Below, piece after piece: positions 54,584-64,000 of a stretch of DNA of 64,000 bases (its first letter is position 1; each line of letters begins with the position of its first letter). The position numbers and the translations under genes were made by a program. The notes beneath the pieces are model-generated. The model saw nothing but the letters and a program-made list of their open reading frames with translations. It searched no databases and was not told the origin of the DNA. This DNA is from Azolla caroliniana. Taxonomy: Eukaryota > Plantae > Polypodiophyta. The stretch lies in assembly GCA_043228905.1 (NCBI GenBank), contig JBHGNT010000002.1, positions 1,674,001-1,738,000 on the forward strand, in the 5' to 3' direction.

Positions 54584-55787
54584 TGCATCAAAAGTACAAC
54601 GGCCTAACAAACACAAATACTTAGTTCGTACATACCCCATAAATATTTTATTTGACCCTTCAATTAAGATCATGTTCTAGCTAAATAATTTGCAAAATCG
54701 CAAATCCGTCGAGGTGTCGTCATTCAAAGTTATTAATATATTTTGTCATCCAAACATTCCACATTATGGAAAGAGCAAGGATATAATGATGTCCCCATAA
54801 TTAAGTTACATATATAGTCCAAGTAATTGGATGTTATAAAATTGCTTCCATATGTCGATACGAAATATGGAATAATGGTGGAATATGATGTGTAGCTAAT
54901 GTGAAAGTAAAAGTGAGTGTTGATACATAGTGACAAATATATCAACACAATATAAATTTAGGAAAAACAAGTGTATGGAGTACGAATGTGGTCACACTCA
55001 TTTTAAGCTATTGAACCATATGGTTTCGAGGTGTAGGCTATGATGTAAAAAGAGCGCTAGAGATGTCACAATTTTGGCAACTCGGGAAAGTCTATTGATG
55101 CATCGCCTATTGGGTTGATTGTGGGCTATGGATTAGGGTTTAGACTTAACTTTATGCTACATAATTCAATGCTAAAGTAATAAAATATATGTCATCAAGA
55201 AGTCCAAATATGTGAGAAACGCCCTACATGTGATCACATTGATGACATTGAGTTTTGAAGTCCTCTATGGACGATTGCATCAATATGTGTGAGAGTTGCA
55301 ATGTGTTGGCCAACATTCACATTGATGTAGCATTGCATTATGTCGATGTTTTAGGTGTGGTATCATCTAACAAACTCTTATGGGGATAGGTTTTAAGATT
55401 AAACAAATTGAGATGTGTCTTGCTTGAAGTTGCAATGAAGCATTTACCACATAACTAACATTGGGCATGAATGATATCTGCATGTGAGACCACTAGGACA
55501 TGGAGCTGGCCCCTTCATCCCATCTCAATGAAGATGAAGAATTTACACATAATCACACTGTTTTGTTATAAACCTATTTACAATTAACTGTTTTGTCATA
55601 GTGTGCAGTCCTAGAAAACAAGCACAACAACTTCAACACCATAGATGATACATTTATTGTAGTGTTAACACCAACAGAAATAAATAGTTCATTAATTATT
55701 TGGCTTTGAAAAAGATACACACACACATATCTGAAGATAGATGTGCAATGTATAGGTAGCTAGCACATAGAAGAAGAAGGCACAAAC

Positions 55788-56641
55788 TTAAGAATCCATA
55801 GCAGCATATATGTACATATCACAAGAAGCAGCTAAAACCAGAGACCCCATGATCGACGATGGTGAACTGCAAAGAGAAGGAACCAGATTTCAATCAATTT
55901 CAAGACAAACATGGGCTCTTAATCTATGAATAAAGTAGTAGTCACAGATTTCAGTCAATTTCAAGACAAACATAGGAAATTAATCCATGAATATAGATAG
56001 TAGTCAGTCACAGATTTCAATCAATTTCAATCCATGAATCAAGTAGTAGTCATTTGGCCTTTTAGTTTTACCTCGTTTCAAATGGACGTGCATTCATGTG
56101 TTGTGTAGTCGTCTCATTCAAAATACCAAGATCTTGAGTTCTTCCGCAACTGTGTAAAACAAAGGCATGATTGAGTTTTTTTATTTAAATTGAACGATTG
56201 AAAGTAGAAATCTGCACATCAGTAGTGCTATGACTATAATTGTGCACCACAATGGAACTCAGATACACAAATTTATTATCTCCAAGACAAGTAAAGTGTT
56301 GGGCATCTCATATTCATATGATTTTTACACCTCATGCCCACATGTTCTTGTAGATGATCTCTTAAAATCATCACATTTCTCACACACCCACAAATTCACA
56401 TGAAAACTTAATACACTTCTAAAGTAGGGATTAGAATGGAACATAATATTAGGTTAAAGTTTGTAGGAAGTAAGACCAAAAAGACTCGAAAAAGAAACCC
56501 TCTGCAGATATAGTTCAAACTTCAAAGAATGTGCTTAAGTAATTCAAATGAATGGGTGAGTGTGAGAGTGTACCCTCTGCAACTGCTGCCACAGGAACAA
56601 CCAGAGCCACAGCCGCACTTGCCATTGCAACAGGAAGACAT
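55788..56641 (-). CDS. MT2: Type-2 metallothionein-like protein; exons 56641-56574, 56149-56072, 55866-55788 (third exon tentative)
   Basis: Spliced protein MSSCCNGKCGCGSGCSCGSSCRGCGRTQDLGILNETTTQHMNARPFETSSPSSIMGSLVLAASCDMYIYAAMDS*. TATA (CTATAAAT) at ~56713-56720; canonical GT-AG junctions. Not in the ORF track. Confidence 0.85.
55884..56052. repeat. ~62-bp tandem repeat (~2.7 copies) filling metallothionein intron 2
   Basis: CAGATTTCAATCAATTTCAAGACAAACAT...ATGAATA.AGTAGTAGTCA is repeated. Confidence 0.9.
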
Positions 56642-58596
56642 CACAGCAGCACTAGGAAGAAGAAGAAGAAGAAGAAGAAGAAGATAGGACAAGGAAGAAG
56701 AAGAAAGGCTAAATTTATAGAGAGAGAGAGAGGCTTTAGAGTGTGGTGAGGACGCAAGATTCTCAGCTTTTCTCGCTCCTCTCTAACCCAAATGACCCAT
56801 CATTATCTACTTGGCCTTTTCTGCAATTTTAGAAGAGTCATTAAACCATTTGGAGACCCAGAATTACCCTCCCTTGGTTTTTTTTTTACTGCTCATTTTG
56901 CGCAGCAAAAAAAACCTCGCGATTGATCGGATTCCCAACATTTCAGTATCGTAAAAAGTGCGAAAAGAAAGATAAGAAAGAAGGGTGGGACACTGATCGA
57001 TTGAATGCCCGACATTTCAATACCACATAAATCGGTCATTTAGGGAGTTAGGGAAGTATAGCATAATGCCGATGAATACTGCCGAATTTTCCGTTTTAGT
57101 TCAGTTCATGCTCAAACCCCACCCAAAAAAAGGGAGGGCTCGATCGAATTGACTGCTTAATTGCTCAGATAGAGATTGCACACATAATTGAGACTATGTG
57201 GACCATGTTATCGATCGAAATAAAGATGTTGTCATCTAGGGAATTTAGGAGTTGTGCTCATTTATATTTATTACTTGCAGCTAGTTTGGATGCGTACTAC
57301 GTACTCATGTTGTGTTGAATAACTCAACATGGATAAAATAACTTTGCATTTGAACCACTACTCTAACCTTGAGTTTACAAGATGCGGAACTATACATACA
57401 CAGTGTGAATAATGTTTTCTAATCTGAGTCGCAACGTTGCAATCAATGTGTGGCTATAACTTAATCATCTCTAATCCAAGTCACCGTACAGAATTAATTC
57501 CACATGCAGAGTGTGGCTAGAACTTATTTCCAGGTCCAAGTCACAATGAATCATTAAGCATGTCTTTGGTTAGGAAGATAAAGTGGTTTGTGATGGGATG
57601 GATGTAGAAGCTCAGCCCATTTCAACATCATGACATCATTCAACGTCAGGAAATGCACCATAATAATGAAAATGAAATTCAACATTGAGACGATCCACGT
57701 AAAAAAGGAAATCGAAGTATCAAAAAAAAGTGCAACACATTCGTAGTAGCACAAATCCTAGATTTTGAAAGCACCATGGTAAACATATGTACATTGAACC
57801 AAACTATCATAAAAAGCATAATTCTAATAGGTACATAAAGACACATTCAATTTTGTCACATTGTATGAATTCCAATCTACTCCAAACTAGTGACCTCAGC
57901 CCCTAGAAAAAGGAGTTTAATCAAATGCAATGATTGCATCATTCTCATGGGTATTAAGACTTATTCAATATCATCACAAAATATGAACTCCAATCTATTC
58001 CAAACCAGTGGAGTCATCACCAAGAATACATAAGCAAAATGATTCCACAATGATACAACTGAAGGAGACATGTATAGACATCTCTTTGGTGCATTATTTA
58101 GATAATATGTGACAGGCAATTTTACATGTTTAGTATTATTTGGGTTTACATTTGTGTCTACCTGTACAGATAACGTTTTGGAGTGTACACATATTTATAT
58201 ATAATTAACATGTATATAAATAAAGAACCAGATGTCTTCAGCTTGCAAAATTAAGAATGAAGTTCCCTATAGTTGGAGCACAAAACCATTGAAACCTGTT
58301 AAAATGTTCTTCTGAGAAGATGAAAATAATGATCAATCAGCTGAAAAAATAAAAGTCATCATGTTCCTTTAAAACTTTTTCTTAATCACTGAAGCCATTG
58401 AATATTTAAGAACAGGTCATCTACCCAGGAAAATTTGCAATAGTTAAGAACTTCATTATTTACTTTTTCGGTGCTTGGTAATCTCCTCCATGTGTCCCAT
58501 GCTATTGGATTGAAATGTTAACTATTCTAGATTAAGGTTCCAAAAGCCTGTCATAGAGGTCATATATGCCCACACCAGTTTTCCATATTATTGTGA

Positions 58597-58876
58597 GTTA
58601 ATAAGGGATACACTCATAATTTAACGGGCTCTATCTGTAGTATTTTGGAACATGAGAAAAAAAAAACATTTCTTTGTATTATCAGTTAATGAAGGATACA
58701 TTCATAATTTATCGTGATCTGTATACATGGAACATTAGAGAAGATATACATTTCTGCTACACTCATAATTACGTGATCTATACACTCATAATTTATCAGT
58801 TAATAAAGGGTACACTTGTAATTTATTGGGAACTGTCTATGGTATTTTGGAACATAAGAAGAAGAAAAACACTCAT
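58597..58876. repeat. Degenerate repeat, ~3 copies
   Basis: GTTAAT.A.GG.TACACTCATAATTTA...TGGAACAT.AGA recurs at ~58597, ~58685 and ~58799. Confidence 0.8.
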
Positions 58877-59178
58877 TTAATTTTCGAGGCAGAAATTTAG
58901 ACAGCCTCAATCAATAACATATTAGGGAACACGTGTCATGAGCTTACAATCACATATAGGCAAGATATGAGTAGCCCTTCAAGCCATCATAACTTAAAAA
59001 TCTTTTTTCCTTTCTGAAGCTTTTCTATTATATTTCCACTCTCAATTAAATTTGTTTCAGTAAACATTCTTATTAAACTGGTCTGTATGATGATGCCAAA
59101 TATGTATTACATGTATATTATATTCACAAAGTGAATGGTCTCAGTAAAGAAATAGAAATATATACAGAAACCTGTCAA

Positions 59179-60795
59179 TCAACCAGGAAGGATTATTGAG
59201 GTTTTTGCTGCAAGTTGAGTCAAGGCGCGTTTATGGTATAATAAGCGCATTCTCCTATAGTTTTGCAAAAAATCAGCCAAGCTGATTTCCCCTGAAAGTA
59301 GTTGTTGAAAGACCATTTCTGATTCCTCATCTACTTTTGAAGCAGAATCTAATAAGAAAAGTATCAAATGGAATAAAATGCTATGAGTTCTTTTATAATA
59401 GAAAACCAAAAAATTGGGTTAGTTTTTTAACAATATTTCATTTTGAAACTCTCTGAAAAGATAAATCTCTGAGATGCCCTCAAGTTTTAATCATTTTCTC
59501 AAATGCCCCTACATTGTAGTTATTCCCTTAAATGATCTTTGATCAGCCTCTGAAAGATGGATGATTTGACTAAATTAAAACTTGGAGGCATCTGGGAAAC
59601 AAAGAAAATTTTGGGTATTTTTTCGTAGTTCTTTAGACATCAGGACAAAGCATAATCATTCAGCTTGATAATCATAGCTAACCATGAAGCCTCTCCAGAA
59701 GGACAGCAGGAGAGTAGACTGCCTTCAAATCTATCGCTTGCTTATGAACCTCGTTGTATCTCTCCCTTGCGGCAGCAAGTTCTGTGGTCCTAATGATAGT
59801 GCACTGCAAACAAGGAATTGTAATTAGAATGGATTCATTTTGCTCCCTATGCAATTTGACAGGTGAAAGATGAATTCTGTATAGAAATGGACATTGTACC
59901 ATCTCTATGATCTTTACAAGGTGCAAAATCTCTAGACAATGCATTATAATAGCTTCTAATAATATTATCACAGAATTAATACCATTTTCATTTCGACTGG
60001 ACTAATTTAGTTTCATTGTCACAGGATATTTTAACATAGCTTCATGAGCTATTTTATAAGATTCCGAGCAGTATCTGAAAAAGGCCTTAGTAGTCTCATA
60101 CAGACAGCTAGATATGAATCAAGCAATCAAGCAGTCTCAACAAATGCAAAAATCAATGGGGGAAATTAATGTTAAAGTGACACTTTTGCAGCATTGTACT
60201 TGTATTTACAGATATAGATTAGGATAGTATACCAAAACCATATTATCTCTCATTGGGAATGGGACATTCACTACATTGGAGCTTAAGGCAAGCCATGACA
60301 AAAACAGATAAATTATCACAATGAATGTCTCATGAACAGAATCCACACAGACTGTCTGTTACATTGCAACATATTAACTGCATCCCACCTGATTTTTGAG
60401 TTGGAATATGTCTGATTCTTTCTCTAGGTTACGCTCTGCAAATTAAAAGTAAACTCAATCATATTATGATGTGAACCTGTTCATTCCTGGTAATACTAAA
60501 GAAGCAGTGTTAACATTTTTCTGTAAGAACTCATAAAGCTTAGAGATATCTTACTTGCAAGATCCACAGCTCTGTTCAGTAACTCAGCCCATAGCTGGAA
60601 CAACAAAACACCTGCTGGTGAGTTCAATTAAACAATATCCAAAAGAACTCTCTAGATCTCTATTTCAAGAAAGATTCAGTAACATGCCAAGAGTCCACAA
60701 GCCTTACTGATTCAGTCTGCCTTACTGATTCCAAAGATTGAAGAAACGTGAAATAGGCATCTTGATCAGACAACAATTTCTGCAGCTCTTCTGTA
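59179..60795 (-). CDS. VPS37: ESCRT-I subunit VPS37 (Mod(r) domain), 5'-partial; exons 60795-60708, 60594-60555, 60435-60389, 59803-59683, 59348-59179; first exon(s) probably beyond the window
   Basis: TEELQKLLSDQDAY, NLEKESDIFQLKNQCTIIRTTELAAA, KVDEESE and YHKRALTQLAAKTS match plant VPS37. Junctions are phase-consistent. Confidence 0.92.
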
Positions 60796-60806
60796 CTGAA
60801 AACATG

Positions 60807-60844
<38 letters not shown>

Positions 60845-61118
60845 GGGTTCCTCTTACACTTTAGTGCTTTTAGGAACTGTTAGTGTGTTATAGGATTTCT
60901 TGTTGTGTCCTACTGTTTCATTGTTACGTTTTCAAGGTTTCTTGTCAATGAGTTTTAGGATTTCGTGTTGCATTTTAGGGTTTCTTGCTGCATTTTATAG
61001 TGTCCTCTTATTTTGGATTGCATTCACTCTTTCTTGTTCTGTTTTTAAATGTTTCTTTTTCTTCCCTTTAGGGATTTAGGGCTTACTTCATTCTTGGGTT
61101 CCATTTATCTTCTTTCTC

Positions 61119-61730
61119 TAGCAATGGGCCCAGTTCGGTTTCTTGGCCTTGAAACCAAACCATTTATTAATAATAAAAACCGAACCTAACTGTTTTAAAA
61201 TTTATGAAGCCATTTAAACCAAACCGTTTAAAGAATAGGAGAAACCAAACCGTTTAAGAAAAATTTAAAACCAAACCAAACCATTTTTTATTGATATTAA
61301 TCCTCATACTTACTATAAATTTGTGTGAGAAAATCATCATAAATTTTGTCATCATACTTGTCATAAAATTTGTCATTATACTTATCATAAATTTGGTCAT
61401 CATACTGATCATAAATTTGATCATTATACTGATCATAAATTTGATCATCATACTTATCATAATTGATCATCATAAATGAAAAGGAGACTCTACATATAAT
61501 ACATATAAAATTTAATAAGAGTTTAAAATTAAAAGTTGAAAGTTAGAGCCTATAGAGAATATTTTTGAGTATTTTTTAACCTATAAACCTATACACCTTT
61601 AATCCGAACCGAAACCAATTAGTAACATTTGAAACCAAACCAAACCGTTTATTTATCTTTGAACCTATAAACCGTTAAGCCATGGTTTTTCGGTTCAGTT
61701 CAGTTTGAGCCGAAACCGGGCCCATTGCTA
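61119..61730. mobile_element. hAT-like MITE (612 bp) in a VPS37 intron, with an internal 24-bp minisatellite (~61333-61478)
   Basis: Perfect 13-bp TIR TAGCAATGGGCCC, AAACCG/CGGTT subterminal motifs; no TSD match. Confidence 0.85.
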
Positions 61731-61779
61731 TGCACAACTAATCTCTCTCCCTCTTGAGAACCACTAACAAGCACCACCA

Positions 61780-64000
61780 AACACATGATAAGCCTCAAGA
61801 TCATGGATGAATGCTTAACAAACCTTGAGAAAGCACTACATCATGTAATTAATTAATGCCTTACAACATCGAATATCCATTCTTGAAGAAGACAACAAAT
61901 ACCTTTGAATTGAATATGAAGAAATGAAGGTGAAGGTTGCCCAGAATGAAGAGGACAAAGTTAACCCTAAACTCGAGAACATCAAAGCTCAATTAAAAAA
62001 AGGGTGGGTGGAAGTTGTTAAAGAGGAGGTAAATGTAGAGCTTGCCAAAGCCAAAGAAGTGGAGTCAAAACCCTAGACAGTATTAAGGCTGAACTAAGAA
62101 AGGTCAGGCTAAAGTAGTCAAAGAAGAAGGAAAAACAGAAGTCGATGCAAAAGAGTTGAGATGTGTGGATGTAGCTAAAAAAACAAGTACAATAACAAGG
62201 AATTGAACTTCTGCAGAGTACAATTGAAGAAGAGCCGACAAGGCATACAAGACAACTCGATGTGCAAGTCACAGGCCTCCCTGAGCCATCAAATGCGTCC
62301 CTTGACCAAGGACACTATGTATCAAGCTCTAGTATTGCAAGGAAGAAAACAGTCCCATTCATCAAATCTCAGAGACTACAAAAAGACACTTTAAAGCCTG
62401 AGCTTTAATATTACAACTTCTGAATGAAGTAGGAAGAATTGCCTTCCTCGATCATAATATGAGGGTTGGATGCCCCCACTATTTTCCTAGATGACAACCT
62501 GATGAAGATGCAAATTAACCATACAAAACAATGTACGCCATGGATCATACAAGCATGCAAGGAAGGCAAGAAAGCTGTCTACCAGGATGGTCATGTTGCC
62601 ATCAACAGCAAAGCCATCAAATAGGGATTCACAGCCTGTGAGACAAAGGAATCAGAGCTACACATTTCAGTTTGGAGCTGCAACAGAGCACTTTGGACAC
62701 ACCTGGGAAGAATGAAAGAGGTCATGGCAGGACCAGATATGCTCCTCACTACAGAGACGCAGCAAAGCACCAGAGAATTATCTACCCTGGGAGTCTGCAT
62801 ACAGCCAAACCACTAAACAAAGTACATAACAAGGTTGGGTGGGATCATAATTCTGTTCTGACGAGCCTTACATCCATGCATACAAGCAGTGGAACTGGAT
62901 GCCGAGGCTATATATAAGTGAATCCAATTCGATCTCTCATAGATATGACTCTAATTTATTACACTATGTTACTTCCTCCCCGGTGGATCAAAATACACAG
63001 AAATAAACACTGACAATGAAGGAACCTATAGCGAAAAAGAAATTGAATCACCCTAAATGTCCTCTCTGAGAGCATTATACACTACTCAATTCTAGGCGAA
63101 GTATTCCTCCTGGGAGACTTGAACACCAAGACACAAAATAGACAATGTGATACCTATGACTTAGAAGACCCAGAGATGATGCGTTCGGTATCTGTGGAGG
63201 ACTTGAGAATATGTAGGAGCTCCACTGACTCAAGATCAAGCAACACGGGATATGGACAGCATCTATTAAAGCTAGGGTCTCAACACCGCCTAGTTATGTA
63301 CAACAGCATGAACTTATGGCCAGATTCTAGAGGCGTTGAACATTTTCTGCTAAGAGGCAGTAGGAGCACAGTTGATTATATCCTTAGGGAAAGGAATGCC
63401 ACCCTCACCATCAAAACGTTCACCATCAAACCCTGGCCAATCAGCGCCGACTTTAGTTATCTTTCCATAATCCTAGCATCCAAAACATCATCACAACCAC
63501 ACTCTCCCTCACCACCAGCCTCGCCCCTATGATCAATCATCCAATTTACCCATGAACTACCAGAAACTTATTGTTCACATGTCCAAAAAGAACTCTGCCA
63601 TCTGAATCCAACCACAACCCTCGTGCCCTCACCTCCAACAATCTAGATACTCCATACTTCCATCATCAATAGTTTTCTTTATCACATGGTAGCTAACGTA
63701 ATTTCATGAGAAGATGCCCCAAAACCATTGTACAATGGGGATTGTAAAGAAATGTACCAACAACTTCATACAAATGTGAACCATAGAGAGATTACACAAA
63801 AAATAGTTAGCGAGCAAACGCAAACCCTTAAAATGGTGCACCTATGAGGAAGCACAATATTGAGATTTATGCTCCTCTTCATGAACAAAAACTCAGCTAC
63901 TGCCTAGTGACATATGAGAGAACCCTGAAACCCAACCCCGATGAAAGAGCCACAATTACGGCATTCTTATGCAGAAAGCTTGTATCTGTCCCTCACCAAT
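61780..64000 (+). mobile_element. Degenerate non-LTR retrotransposon: ORF1 coiled coil plus apurinic endonuclease domain (RTE-X/CR1-like), antisense within the VPS37 intron
   Basis: IFLDDNL (ORF1-like), LHISVWSCN, LCYFLP, FLLGDLNTKT and RSTVDYIL match APE motifs; frameshifts and stops present. Confidence 0.75.

Noticed and set aside
56552-56749. Plus-strand 65-aa ORF, and the alternative minus frame MASAAVALVVP
   Set aside because: Shadows of the metallothionein first exon and its (CTT)n 5'UTR; the upstream ATG at 56641 gives the Cys-rich frame.
61254-61479. Ile/Met-rich ORFs
   Set aside because: They are translations of the 24-bp minisatellite inside the MITE.

Overview
Eukaryotic nuclear DNA from a vascular plant: AT-rich, with spliceosomal introns and many microsatellites. 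A fern is a plausible inference from the PLS-PPR, type-1 nsLTP and LINE sequences. I reconstructed 11 protein-coding genes by hand-splicing: plastid-type GPX, an uncharacterised single-TM protein, a TRM/LONGIFOLIA protein, CRR42/DUF3148, a COG0212 5-FCL paralog with a C-terminal RRM, CAS, a PLS-E PPR, a class A HSF, an nsLTP, a type-2 metallothionein-like gene absent from the ORF track, and the 3' part of VPS37. They are interspersed with MITEs, LINE, MULE and LTR remnants and local tandem duplications. Most notable: (1) GPX has two certain GC-AG coding introns plus two predicted GC-AG introns in the 3'UTR, a possible NMD switch, and COG0212 has another GC-AG intron; (2) the COG0212 protein carries an RRM-like domain as in animal MTHFSD; (3) the metallothionein appears to lack its C-terminal Cys cluster; (4) VPS37 has duplicated in-frame splice donors; (5) a LINE is inserted precisely into a promoter tandem array. 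No CRISPR, tRNA or rRNA was found.
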